Of a stretch of DNA of 64,000 nt, positions 42,151 to 52,072 are shown piece after piece. Source of the DNA: a virus; the IMG/VR virus record IMGVR_UViG_3300032287_003731, positions 32,954 to 96,953 of that record, one strand, 5' to 3'. Positions within the stretch are counted from its first letter, which is position 1, and the number at the start of each line of letters is the position of its first letter. Both the position numbers and the translations under genes were made by a program. The notes beneath the pieces are model-generated. The model was not told where the DNA came from. It saw nothing but the letters and a program-made list of their open reading frames with translations, and searched no databases.

Positions 42151-43731
42151 TTAAAAAATCCATGTTATATCTTCAAATCCACCTCTTCCATCATTCATCA
42201 TAAATGGGTTTGGTTGGTTAATATTAGGTAACATGGGTTGGTTGTTATAACTTGTTCGTCCTATACTTGAAATCATTGCTTTATTTAAATCTAATCCTTG
42301 CTCATAGAATTTCATCGCGGTGTCTCTAGTAAATAAACCAATTCCTAATGACATAACCAAATCATCATTATAACCATTTTGTGCTTGTGCTTTACCATGT
42401 TGCCAAATAAACACACGTAATTCTTCTAATAAGCGTTTTGATCTAAAAATAAATGCTTTCTCTCTAATATACGACTCCATTTTGGAGATAACAAGTGGTC
42501 TTGTTTTAACTGATGTAGTGAATCCAGGAACGGTCTGCTCAGATTCCATTTTAGATAACCATTTATCAATATGCATTTCACCATAAGCACGAGGTGAATA
42601 ATATAGTTTTTGATATCCTTTTTCAATTACAGTATTAACTACATCCCAACCAATATTTGCGTTTTCTACTACTAATAACGCATTATTATATTCAGTAGCA
42701 ACAGATACTAGCATATTACCATATGTTCTAGTATCTATTTGTGATTTATATTCAGCAACTTGTTCACATGTTGTAGCATCGATGACGTGGAACGCAGAAT
42801 AATCACTACCGTCACCCCTAGCCACATCAGCACATACAATATACTGCTTATTATAATCAGGATAGTTCCAAACCCAAAAGTCGCCACCCATAAAGCGACG
42901 TTCAACAGGGTCTTGTATATAAGTTTCTTCATAGAATGTTAATAAATCAGGTTCAATTACTGAGTTGCCAGAGCCTAAGAAATCACAGTCATATTCTTGA
43001 GCAAATTCACGAATAGACATATTAGTTCGTTCCGTAGATTCCCATTTTTCATCTCGATCAGGATGTAAATTCCAAGGTAATTTAATTGCTTTAAAGTCAT
43101 TTTTACCTATTTCAGCTTCAGTGTACATTTTATGAAACCAGTTACCAACACCGTTTGGTGAAGATAAAGCAATAATACCACCACCAGTTGCAATTGTTGG
43201 TTTAATTGATGTGTAAATACGATCAATACCTTCAATAAACGCAGCCTCATCTACTAATAATAACGATACAGCGTATGATCGACCAGCATCAGATGCTGCT
43301 GAGGTAGCTATTATTTGGGAGTTATTTGCTAGTTTAAGTGATAATTTATTATCGGATATTGGTTTTTGATTACCTTTTAACCAGTTAGGTAAGTTATTGT
43401 ACATAAATTGTACTTTATCTACCATACCTTTTGCTGTTTCTTGTTTAGTTGCTATACATAATACAGTTTTATCTTTATTAAATAGCATTGTCCATAATGA
43501 AAAACCAGCAACTAATGTAGATATACCTAACTGTCTTGACTTATTAATAATACAGAAACGATTATTTCTAAAGTCGTTTAATACCTCTTCTTGGAATGGA
43601 TATAGATGAAATAATACTCGTCCTTTAACAGGGTGAGTAATATAACAGTACTTACGAAAGAAATGTACAGGATCTAAAGCACATTTAATATACTCCTGTT
43701 TAATTATTTCTTTAATTTGTGCTTGACTCAT
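42151..43731 (-). CDS. terL: Terminase large subunit (T4 gp17-like)
   Basis: KSRQLGIST, LLVDEAAF, SSPNG.GN.F, QEY.C.F, ADVARGDGSDYS, ENAN.G, DDLVMS. Confidence 0.97.
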   Translation of the reverse strand: MSQAQIKEIIKQEYIKCALDPVHFFRKYCYITHPVKGRVLFHLYPFQEEVLNDFRNNRFCIINKSRQLGISTLVAGFSLWTMLFNKDKTVLCIATKQETAKGMVDKVQFMYNNLPNWLKGNQKPISDNKLSLKLANNSQIIATSAASDAGRSYAVSLLLVDEAAFIEGIDRIYTSIKPTIATGGGIIALSSPNGVGNWFHKMYTEAEIGKNDFKAIKLPWNLHPDRDEKWESTERTNMSIREFAQEYDCDFLGSGNSVIEPDLLTFYEETYIQDPVERRFMGGDFWVWNYPDYNKQYIVCADVARGDGSDYSAFHVIDATTCEQVAEYKSQIDTRTYGNMLVSVATEYNNALLVVENANIGWDVVNTVIEKGYQKLYYSPRAYGEMHIDKWLSKMESEQTVPGFTTSVKTRPLVISKMESYIREKAFIFRSKRLLEELRVFIWQHGKAQAQNGYNDDLVMSLGIGLFTRDTAMKFYEQGLDLNKAMISSIGRTSYNNQPMLPNINQPNPFMMNDGRGGFEDITWIF

Positions 43732-43745
43732 ATATATAAATATAC

Positions 43746-43772
43746 AAAAAGCTCCGCTTTTGGCGGAGCTTT
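43746..43772 (-). terminator. Terminator upstream of terminase
   Basis: AAAGCTCCGC/GCGGAGCTTT stem plus T run. Confidence 0.8.
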
Positions 43773-43794
43773 GTATTTGACAGAGTAGGAAGAA

Positions 43795-44466
43795 TTATAA
43801 AATTAAAATAGCAGCTATTATAACACCACTAGCTGTTTTTATTATTTTATTTGCTATTTTTGCTTTTTGGTATTTTTTATCTAATTCTTTGTATCTATTA
43901 TCCCAATTTTTTATAAGTGAATCTTGATTAACTATAATAGTTTTATAATCACCTTCTTTACTTACATATACATTAATTATACTATCTTTTACTTCTAATT
44001 GTTCACCTATAGTGGCTAATATACTATCTTTTAACATTAACATTTTTTTAGTACCATCTAATTCAGCTAATTCTTTAGCAGCATTTGTGAGTACAGGTTG
44101 CGCTACTGGTAATTTATTACTTGTAGTATCTTTTGGATAGCGTTCATTATAGAATGCAATTAATTCTCTTTCGGTGAAATTATCAATAGCTAATTTAGAT
44201 GAATCAACATATTTAACTACAACTTTAACATTACTTTTTAATGTATCTATCTTATGTTGTAGTGAATCGTTTATTTCAAATAAAACAAGTACTACTGAGT
44301 CTTTTTTGGGTATTTCTCCTTTTAAAGAATCAATGATACGAGTAAATTGGATTTGTTTTTGAAGGAATAATTCATCTTTTTCTTTATCTCTTATTCGATC
44401 AAGAATAATCCAAACAGCTAAACCAATAACTGTTAAAAACAATAATGTATTAAAAAACTTATTCAT
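43795..44466 (-). CDS. Membrane-anchored coiled-coil protein (spanin-like candidate)
   Basis: N-terminal TM segment, coiled coils, hydrophobic C-terminus. Confidence 0.6.
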   Translation of the reverse strand: MNKFFNTLLFLTVIGLAVWIILDRIRDKEKDELFLQKQIQFTRIIDSLKGEIPKKDSVVLVLFEINDSLQHKIDTLKSNVKVVVKYVDSSKLAIDNFTERELIAFYNERYPKDTTSNKLPVAQPVLTNAAKELAELDGTKKMLMLKDSILATIGEQLEVKDSIINVYVSKEGDYKTIIVNQDSLIKNWDNRYKELDKKYQKAKIANKIIKTASGVIIAAILIL

Positions 44467-45417
44467 TTATTTTATAATGCCTGCGTAGTATTGCATTTTA
44501 TTTTTATTCCATTCGTCTAATTCATCCTTTTTAGATTGACGCTTCTGTAAATATTCAGAACTAGCTACTAAATTATTTACACGTTGTTCCAAACTTGCTT
44601 TTAAATCCATTAAACGTTTTTCCTCTGTAGATGATTTGTCTTTAATATCACCAGTACCAGCCATAAATTTAGCACGCTTCATTCTATTTAGATCACTTTT
44701 TACTTTATTTAAACGATCTGCAAGATCAGTATATTTCATAAAAGTGTTATAATCTTCATCTGATAGTCCAGAAGCGGATGAAGGGGTAGGTACTTTTCCT
44801 AATTCAGGAGTAGATTCTTCTTCGTCGCCTGCTGCTTTAGCTTGAGCAAATGATGCTTCAATTTCTTCATCACTTAAATCACCAGAAACAATACCTGTTT
44901 CTTCTTCTGGTTCTACTTCTTCACCAGGTTCTGCTTTAGGTTTCATAAATTGAGGGACAACACCAGCGGTTGTTGGTGCTAGAATACCAAGTCTAATCAT
45001 ATCACGAGCATAGTCAGATATGCGTGGTTGAGGAACATTAAATTTTTCTCTAGCTATTTTAGTAATATCGGCAGGACCATTATCTTTTATATAATCTATG
45101 ATACCATTAACCCACACCATTCGTTTAGATGAGCCAACATAAGGTAATTCAGAAAGTTTATCAGCATAGTCGTCACTTACTTTATAGATAATAGGTTGAC
45201 GAGCCATTTCTTTTAGTTTTTTAGTTCCCATTGTAACACTAGCTACATTAGGATCTATTTTCAATTTATTAATTGTAGGAGCATCTGAGGGGTCAATATC
45301 TAGAATTTTATCTCCTCTATTTTTATCTTTAAAATCGATAGTAGTTGATTGAGTAGCTTCATTCATTACTTCATCAATAACTTCACGTATGAGTTCTTGT
45401 AATTCTGATTTTTTCAT
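44467..45417 (-). CDS. Multi-module putative internal protein with winged-helix-like segment
   Basis: MKKSELQELIRE leader, GPADITKIAREKFNVPQPRISDYARDMIRLGIL, acidic linker, C-terminal KMQYYAGIIK. Confidence 0.65.
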   Translation of the reverse strand: MKKSELQELIREVIDEVMNEATQSTTIDFKDKNRGDKILDIDPSDAPTINKLKIDPNVASVTMGTKKLKEMARQPIIYKVSDDYADKLSELPYVGSSKRMVWVNGIIDYIKDNGPADITKIAREKFNVPQPRISDYARDMIRLGILAPTTAGVVPQFMKPKAEPGEEVEPEEETGIVSGDLSDEEIEASFAQAKAAGDEEESTPELGKVPTPSSASGLSDEDYNTFMKYTDLADRLNKVKSDLNRMKRAKFMAGTGDIKDKSSTEEKRLMDLKASLEQRVNNLVASSEYLQKRQSKKDELDEWNKNKMQYYAGIIK

Positions 45418-45653
45418 TTATTATGGTATTTAGAATATTCAATAAAATCTTCTATAACATCTTTGCGCTCACCTTCAAGTGAATTTTTATATTCTTTTAT
45501 AGTACGAGCATAACTTTCATTATCATTTTCTTTTAAGTTTGATAATAATTCTTTCAATTTATCTAGAGTTTCAGCAATAATATTATCATCAAAATCATCA
45601 AAATGATAAGCATCACCCTTATACATTTCTATTAACGTGAAAATCTTTTTCAT
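45414..45653 (-). CDS. Hypothetical protein
   Basis: 79 aa; ATGA overlaps on both sides. Confidence 0.6.
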   Translation of the reverse strand: MKKIFTLIEMYKGDAYHFDDFDDNIIAETLDKLKELLSNLKENDNESYARTIKEYKNSLEGERKDVIEDFIEYSKYHNK

Positions 45654-46117
45654 CTTAATAAATTTAATAACTTAATAAAGCTCTCTTTAACTTTTTTAGC
45701 TAATTTTTTAATATACCATGCTAATTGTTGTCCTATTCTTAATCCTTTTAGCGGCGCATTCCAATGTTTTATTTGAGGCACCAAATATTTTCTATACTTT
45801 TCACCAGCTAATATAATAAATTTATCATTATCTAAATCATATTTATCAGCTAATATTTTTAATACTCGTACTGCCCATTCTCTAACCTCCTTATCAGGCA
45901 TATTCAATAATGTCTTATCATAAGGAGCAATTACTTTATCTAAAGGTAAAACATAATGTTCAGCTGATAAAATTACTATATCATTTGGATCTAATGATAA
46001 AGCATATTCTAAAGAACGTTTAAATAAAGGTGAGTTATATAGCTTTTGAGCAGGAGCCGGTTTAGGTAATTTAGTTGCTACACAGCTTAGTAAGACTATA
46101 GTTTTTGATTTACTCAT
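45650..46117 (-). CDS. DUF6884-like protein
   Basis: LLSCVATK...A.KLY.S.LF, ILSAEH, I.PYDKTL, LAGEKY, PLKGLRIGQQLAW. Confidence 0.75.
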   Translation of the reverse strand: MSKSKTIVLLSCVATKLPKPAPAQKLYNSPLFKRSLEYALSLDPNDIVILSAEHYVLPLDKVIAPYDKTLLNMPDKEVREWAVRVLKILADKYDLDNDKFIILAGEKYRKYLVPQIKHWNAPLKGLRIGQQLAWYIKKLAKKVKESFIKLLNLLR

Positions 46118-46128
46118 ATTAATAAATA

Positions 46129-47121
46129 TTAAACAATATTAATTTCTTGTATAATATTATTTTTATTTATTATATTTAAATATATTTTAAAACAATTAAA
46201 TATATCTTGTTTAAATTCTGGGTTAGCTTTAATTATACCTGATATAAAATGCTCAATTTTTCCTGAATAGTATATATTTTTATACTTATCTAGAAGTTTT
46301 AGACAGAATTTATAATTTAAATTATTATTGATTTTTTTCAAATAGTTAAATCTCCATACTAAAAATAATATATATGGTTTTGAAATCTCTACATCACAAT
46401 TAGCTATCATTTCTTGAGCTAAAGACCAATTTTCTTTATTAGTACTATCCAACATATTATATAATGTTTGAAAAGTATCATCATCTAAAACTAAACCTTG
46501 ATTAATATCACTATTAATAGATTCATCAAAAACTATATTATAAGAAGCGGAATCATACTTATTAACCATTTCATTAAAAAAAGTAAGATTATTTATAGCT
46601 GATGTTTGACCCCATATTCCTCGTATAAAATATCCTTCAAAATTATCACAAGCAATAAGATCAGCATATAATGATGGTGAAACAGGTTTTACTTCTTCTA
46701 TTAGCTCTTCTCTGACAAGAAATGCTGTAATTTCTTGAGTAGTTGGATTAGAAAGTTTAAGCATTGATGTTGGAACTATATAATATTTACTTATATTATT
46801 AGTTTTTATATAATATTCATTAATCAATGAGTTACTAATTATTAATGAATTTATTTCATCTTTACTTCTTACTTTTTTAATATTTAATTTATTCTCAGTA
46901 ATGTAATTATTATATTTGTATCTAGGTAAAGAAGATAATGAACTAAAATGGACTGTAGAATTATTTTGTAGTTTATTATTTTTATTTTCTTCATATATTT
47001 TTTGATACTTTTGCATTGTACTTTTACTAACATAATTTAAAGTATCTGATTCTGCTCCCCACATGATAAATGGTGATATTCTTTTAGTATTATCAACTAT
47101 TCTTCCTATTTCCTTATACAT
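46129..47121 (-). CDS. Hypothetical protein linked to the AAA/VWA pair
   Basis: 330 aa, very AT-rich; MLDS...NW.LA.EMIANC motif. Confidence 0.6.
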   Translation of the reverse strand: MYKEIGRIVDNTKRISPFIMWGAESDTLNYVSKSTMQKYQKIYEENKNNKLQNNSTVHFSSLSSLPRYKYNNYITENKLNIKKVRSKDEINSLIISNSLINEYYIKTNNISKYYIVPTSMLKLSNPTTQEITAFLVREELIEEVKPVSPSLYADLIACDNFEGYFIRGIWGQTSAINNLTFFNEMVNKYDSASYNIVFDESINSDINQGLVLDDDTFQTLYNMLDSTNKENWSLAQEMIANCDVEISKPYILFLVWRFNYLKKINNNLNYKFCLKLLDKYKNIYYSGKIEHFISGIIKANPEFKQDIFNCFKIYLNIINKNNIIQEINIV

Positions 47122-47130
47122 AACTTTTTA

Positions 47131-48315
47131 TTATTTGATTATAAAATTAAGAAGTGTTTTATTCAAAGTCAAACTTTTGAATGAAGATTGATTACCGTTA
47201 TAAATCGATTTAACAATATTATATTTCAAATCAACCGCAAATAATTCTTCGTTTATAAGTGATGCTAATCTATCTATAAAACTTTTTTCAACTTTATTAT
47301 TTTTAGCGAAAAACAAGCTAAAGTTAATAATACGAGTTGAAATAATAGATGCTAAATCTGCACGATAATCTTTATCTTTCCCTATAATTCCTTTTAAAGT
47401 ATTAAGCACATAATCAAAGCTTTCATGCGTCATAATAGTTTCTGGAGATATAATTTTATCAAGTTTATTATTAATAAACATTGTAAACATAGTGGTAAAT
47501 TCAGGACCAACACTACCTTCTCCAATCATTTGGATAAGACCTAGTTCAGCATCAAATGAAGATAATGAAGATATTGAATTAAAAAACGTTGTAATACTTC
47601 TAGAGTTAATATTTGTATTAACTAATTCAGAATGCCTAAGAAGAAAATTAATACATCTATTATCTATTTGATTATTTTCAGCCCATTCACCCCAACAATT
47701 GATATCAAATTTAAGATTAATAGATATAAATCGTGTTTTTTGAGCGTTATCTATACTATTAACTAGATATTCACCATTATCAGGATTACTTGTGAGAATA
47801 ATATGCCAATCTTTAGGTAAAGACCAACTAATATACTGCTGTCTATCTATTAGCTCCATTACAGCTTGAATAAATCTAACATCAGCGCGATTCCAGTCAT
47901 CCAATAATAATATACCGCCATTTGTTTTACCACTAATCCATTCAGGTGGGCAATAACTCATTCTATTTTGACCTGTAAATTTATATCCTTGTTTTGTATA
48001 TTCATCTACAGCATGTTCATCAATCCAAGTACAATTATTTGTATCTTTACATACTTCAAATTGGCGAATTGGAAAACCAACTAAATCACCTAGTTCTTCA
48101 ATTTGAGCAAGATTTAATTTAACAAAATTAAGATCTAATTCGTTTGCTAATTGAATAATAGTTGATGTTTTACCGATACCTGAATCTCCTACTACTTCAA
48201 CCGCTACTGGTGGTTTGTTATTAGATTGAAGAAAGCGATTGTTGTTAATGATGTGTTTAAGAAATGTTTTTGCTTCATTAACATTAAGCGAAACCTGTTT
48301 AGTTTTACTTGACAT
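47131..48315 (-). CDS. MoxR/AAA+ ATPase
   Basis: GDSGIGKT Walker A, GDLVGFP, LLLDDWNRA, TSNP, AQKTRF. Confidence 0.9.
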   Translation of the reverse strand: MSSKTKQVSLNVNEAKTFLKHIINNNRFLQSNNKPPVAVEVVGDSGIGKTSTIIQLANELDLNFVKLNLAQIEELGDLVGFPIRQFEVCKDTNNCTWIDEHAVDEYTKQGYKFTGQNRMSYCPPEWISGKTNGGILLLDDWNRADVRFIQAVMELIDRQQYISWSLPKDWHIILTSNPDNGEYLVNSIDNAQKTRFISINLKFDINCWGEWAENNQIDNRCINFLLRHSELVNTNINSRSITTFFNSISSLSSFDAELGLIQMIGEGSVGPEFTTMFTMFINNKLDKIISPETIMTHESFDYVLNTLKGIIGKDKDYRADLASIISTRIINFSLFFAKNNKVEKSFIDRLASLINEELFAVDLKYNIVKSIYNGNQSSFKSLTLNKTLLNFIIK

Positions 48316-48363
48316 ATTTTAATTTTTTTACAAAATAAATTTATAATAAGAGTCTCGACCATC

Positions 48364-49533
48364 TTATCTTTTATTCATTTTTATAACATTTCCCCATTTA
48401 TTTTCTATAACTGTTTCTAATTTTTCACCATTTGAAGTTAAAACAGTTAATATAGGTTTAAAAGAACTTAATATTCGTTCACCTATATAACCATCAGTGA
48501 AAATAATTAAACTATTATATTGAGGATTTTTATTAAAATAATCTATAAAAACATTCATTTCAGTACCACCTCTACCAGTAATAGTTTCAGGTGGTTTACC
48601 TTTGTATTCATATACTTTATGCACTTTAGCGTCACCTTCAGCTATAGTAATTGATATTCCTGTTTTATGCATATGGTGTAATTCATTAAAAAATTCTATT
48701 GTATCTTCTTTTCCAACAGAACCTGAAGTATCAATTCCAACTAATATATTCTTTTTAGGTTTAATTTTTAATGCTGGGTTTTCTATAAAACGTTTATTTA
48801 GTTTGCGGCGTGTTTTTTTAGTGTATATTTTGGATGATGAACTAAAGAATCTTCTAAAATATGATTTCCAATCATATGATGGAGGAGTAATTGCAAATAA
48901 ACTATCAATATAATCTTTTAATTCGTTTGGTACAAAACCTCTACCTTTATCTGCTTGAGATTCTATTATACTTTTTATTTGATGATCGATTTGAGCTTTA
49001 ATTAATTTTTTGTCAGTTTCAGATAATGATTCAAATTCTCCCCAAGTTAAATGAAAATCATTATCTAACATACTATTTAGTGTAGGACTAGTATTATTTT
49101 GTTTAGCTTTAAGTAAAGCATCATAATAATATTTTGTACCTGCTTTTGCCGGTAATGTTAGTTCTGGGAAAGATGATGGAAGAAGAAGTTGGTCTGATGG
49201 ATAATATTGTGGATCTATATATTGATTTATTTCAATATCAGCTGCTATATTATGTAGAATATGATCAAAATAATTTTCTCGATCAATTAAGTGATTAAAA
49301 CATATATGAAGTAATTCATGCTTAAGTAATCCTATTTTTTTATTGTCATTATCTAATGAATTCCAAAATTCTTCATTAATAATTAACTCATAATTAATAT
49401 TATTTAAACAAACACCAGCAGTTGGAGTATCTGTACCTATTCTTTTATTTAATGTTGAAAGAAAAACTCCATAAAACGGTTCCTTTAGCATAAGTTGTTT
49501 TGCAACTTTGCTTACATCATTTAGTACATTCAT
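48364..49533 (-). CDS. Metallopeptidase-like plus VWA protein (DUF2201-like)
   Basis: LKHELLH, NIAADIEINQ, IDTSGS MIDAS, GRGGT, FTDG. Confidence 0.9.
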   Translation of the reverse strand: MNVLNDVSKVAKQLMLKEPFYGVFLSTLNKRIGTDTPTAGVCLNNINYELIINEEFWNSLDNDNKKIGLLKHELLHICFNHLIDRENYFDHILHNIAADIEINQYIDPQYYPSDQLLLPSSFPELTLPAKAGTKYYYDALLKAKQNNTSPTLNSMLDNDFHLTWGEFESLSETDKKLIKAQIDHQIKSIIESQADKGRGFVPNELKDYIDSLFAITPPSYDWKSYFRRFFSSSSKIYTKKTRRKLNKRFIENPALKIKPKKNILVGIDTSGSVGKEDTIEFFNELHHMHKTGISITIAEGDAKVHKVYEYKGKPPETITGRGGTEMNVFIDYFNKNPQYNSLIIFTDGYIGERILSSFKPILTVLTSNGEKLETVIENKWGNVIKMNKR

Positions 49534-49539
49534 AACTTT

Positions 49540-50058
49540 TTAAATATTTGATAAAATTGTAGAAATACGTTCTTTAGTTGTACCTTCAACTTCAATTAAA
49601 CGTTTAGGTTTATATTCTAGTAACGCCATTTTAATAGCAGCATCTATTTTAACACGATATGCTAAATCTGTTTCACGTATTCCATTATTTTCCATTTCTA
49701 CTCCACGCGGTGAAACATAAATTACTATATCATAATAATCTTTGAGACACATTGCTGCGTCAACAAATGTACGTTTTTCCCAATCACTTATTGATTTAGC
49801 AGATAATGTAAAAGCACATACATCCCATATTGTTCTATCAGTAATAATATTTGGATGTAATAATTCACTAGCTCGTTCTGCTAAAAATACAAATTGACCT
49901 GGTAATGTAGAATCTGTATTAAGTGGAATACCTAGGCTACTAAGATATTTACTACGTTCTGTTTGAATAGAATGATCTTTTAAATAATCAATTTCTCCTA
50001 ATGCTCTTGCTAATGTTGTTTTGCCAACTGATTGTGCTCCTGTTAGTCCAATCCTCAT
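49540..50058 (-). CDS. NadR/AAA_28-type P-loop kinase
   Basis: GLTGAQSVGKTTL, TDRT..D, NGIR. Confidence 0.8.
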   Translation of the reverse strand: MRIGLTGAQSVGKTTLARALGEIDYLKDHSIQTERSKYLSSLGIPLNTDSTLPGQFVFLAERASELLHPNIITDRTIWDVCAFTLSAKSISDWEKRTFVDAAMCLKDYYDIVIYVSPRGVEMENNGIRETDLAYRVKIDAAIKMALLEYKPKRLIEVEGTTKERISTILSNI

Positions 50059-50792
50059 AATATTTCTTTTAAAATTTTTTTAATATTGTTAAAATCTTTA
50101 TAAGATATTTCTATAAATTTAATACTGTTTTTTTGACAATACTCTTTTTTAATATTATCTCTATATTGTAATCCTTCTAACCCCCCACATTTTTTTTCAA
50201 AATATCCTGTTTTTTTATAATGTTGTTCTCCTTGATATTCTATTAATATGTTATGTTTGGGTAGATAAAAATCAAATGGTAACTTTTTAGAGGTTTTTGG
50301 ATTAATACAATCTACAAATGTATATTGATTTTTATATTCAATATTGTTCTTAATAAGATATTTTTCAATTTCATCTTCACCCTTAGACACATTACAATAA
50401 GGACATCCTTGTTTCATTGAAGGACTGCTATGAGCAAATGGTGTTTGTAAAAACTCACCATGAAAAGGACAAATAATAATAACTTTATCTTTTCCTGTTT
50501 TATATTTTACTAAAGAATAATCATATTTGTTTCCATGTATTTTTTTAGATTTTTCTATAAAATCTTCTGTATTGCTAATTCTAGCTTTTCTAACACTATC
50601 ACCCATACACTTTATACAACGCTGACCAAATAGGTGGTTATTTGGTTGTTGTTCAAATACACCGTGTTTAGGGCATATTATTTGAACTTTAGTGGTAGCA
50701 TTAATATATTTTACTAAAGAATAATCATAATAATTATTATGTTTATCTTTAGCTTTATTTATAAATTGTTCTTGTATTAATTTAGCAGGCAT
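50055..50792 (-). mobile_element. Free-standing endonuclease (YDYS/CPxHG repeats plus PD-(D/E)xK/Vsr-like domain)
   Basis: Two YDYSLVKY...IICP.HG.F.Q repeats; SKGE, LPFDFYLP, IEYQGEQHY, D..K..YC. Confidence 0.85.
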
Positions 50793-50800
50793 TATTTGTT

Positions 50801-50839
50801 GTTTTATCTACGTATAAATATATGAAAGGTAGATAAAAC
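50801..50839 (-). promoter_or_regulatory. 11-bp hairpin enclosing ATATTTAT upstream of the endonuclease
   Basis: GTTTTATCTAC (50801-50811)/GTAGATAAAAC (50829-50839); motif at 50814-50821. Confidence 0.7.
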
Positions 50840-50979
50840 TAATAGTAATAATCTAATTTTTTAATATGAATAATAGATTCTCCATTATAAAATTTATGGA
50901 ATATTTTTCTTGCTTCCCCTTCAGAATTACTATAAATAATCGAGCCATGAAAAGTTCCTGTTACTGCGTATATTTTCAT
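50839..50979 (-). CDS. 46-aa hypothetical protein
   Basis: Hand-translated MKIYAVTGTFHGSIIYSNSEGEARKIFHKFYNGESIIHIKKLDYYY; ATGA overlap with the upstream gene. Confidence 0.55.
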   Translation of the reverse strand: MKIYAVTGTFHGSIIYSNSEGEARKIFHKFYNGESIIHIKKLDYYY

Positions 50980-51179
50980 TTACCTTTATTATTTATTTTT
51001 TTCATTTGTCGTGCTGTTTTTTTAATTTGTTTTTCTTCTTTAGCACGACTTTTTATTTGTTTTTCAGCTCCTGCTTTATATTTAATGTCTACAGAAATAG
51101 GACCTTTATCAAATTTATCTAAATCAAAAGTCCAAGTTTCTATAGTTTCATCATCCTCATAAACTCTAGTAAATATCAT
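50976..51179 (-). CDS. Hypothetical protein
   Basis: 67 aa; ATGA-coupled. Confidence 0.6.
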   Translation of the reverse strand: MIFTRVYEDDETIETWTFDLDKFDKGPISVDIKYKAGAEKQIKSRAKEEKQIKKTARQMKKINNKGK

Positions 51180-51418
51180 GATCTATTTCCCATTTTTTTA
51201 GAAGCAGCTGTTTTATGAAAAGGAACTCCATTTTCTTCTTTTTTAGCCATTTCCCACGCTTCTTTAGTGTATTTAGTACCAAATAAATAATACTCTGCTA
51301 AGCGTTTGTTACCTTGTGGGATAAGAGCAGGTCCATCAAAATTATGAAGTTTATATACTCCATTAGCTTCATTAACATATGCTATAGTTCCATCTGCTTT
51401 TACTAGTTTTTTTACCAT
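51176..51418 (-). CDS. Small protein with LHNFDGPA repeat-type motif
   Basis: KLHNFDGPALIP...EYYLFG. Confidence 0.7.
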   Translation of the reverse strand: MVKKLVKADGTIAYVNEANGVYKLHNFDGPALIPQGNKRLAEYYLFGTKYTKEAWEMAKKEENGVPFHKTAASKKMGNRS

Positions 51419-51452
51419 ATTTTTATTTTAAAATTAATAAAATTATTTTGCC
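51417..51452. repeat. 36-bp direct repeat (second copy 52047..52082) flanking a cargo cassette
   Basis: ATATTTTTATTTTAAAA[T/G]TAATAAAATTATTTTGCC, one mismatch. Confidence 0.85.
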
Positions 51453-51453
51453 T

Positions 51454-51486
51454 AAAAAAATGATGTACTTTATTCAAGTACGTCAT
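51454..51486 (-). terminator. Terminator inside the cassette
   Basis: ATGACGTACTT-GAATA-AAGTACATCAT (one mismatch) then a T run on the minus strand. Confidence 0.65.
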
Positions 51487-51542
51487 CATCATGACTATAA
51501 ATCTAGTATGTATGTTTTTACTAATTTTTATTCAATTAAATT

Positions 51543-52025
51543 TTAAGCTCCTAATGAATCATAAAAAGCATCCCATAATTCCTCTTCTTCATATTCTATT
51601 TCAATATCTTTTCCACTTTTAGAATATACATATCCTATTACTTCAAATTCAGCATCACTGCATCCTTCTGGATCAAGAATTAAACCTGGAATATTTTTTT
51701 CTAATTCTAATTTAGGGTCAGGCATACTTAAAATCCATTTTTTATCATCTGGAAGATCAATAAAATTGGAATACCCTATAATTTCTTTTACTTTTTTTCC
51801 ATTTATTAATATAAAATCATCTGCTAGTCCTTTTTCACAATAAAAGAATTTATAATCTTTTTCATTTTGATAATAATTAGGAGTATATTTAACTACTAAA
51901 TCATCTTCAAAATTAAAATCTTCAATTTCTCCTTTATCATTAATAGAAACTTCATCTAATTGTGATTCTTTTAAAATACCAGCTAACTGCTGCATTCTAT
52001 GAATTTCGTTAAGTTGCTTTTTCAT
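51543..52025 (-). CDS. RMQQLAGI-leader protein (putative capsid cargo), acidic payload
   Basis: MKKQLNEIHRMQQLAGILKESQLDE. Confidence 0.75.
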   Translation of the reverse strand: MKKQLNEIHRMQQLAGILKESQLDEVSINDKGEIEDFNFEDDLVVKYTPNYYQNEKDYKFFYCEKGLADDFILINGKKVKEIIGYSNFIDLPDDKKWILSMPDPKLELEKNIPGLILDPEGCSDAEFEVIGYVYSKSGKDIEIEYEEEELWDAFYDSLGA

Positions 52026-52072
52026 TTTTTTTTATTATAATAATAAATATTTTTATTTTAAAAGTAATAAAA

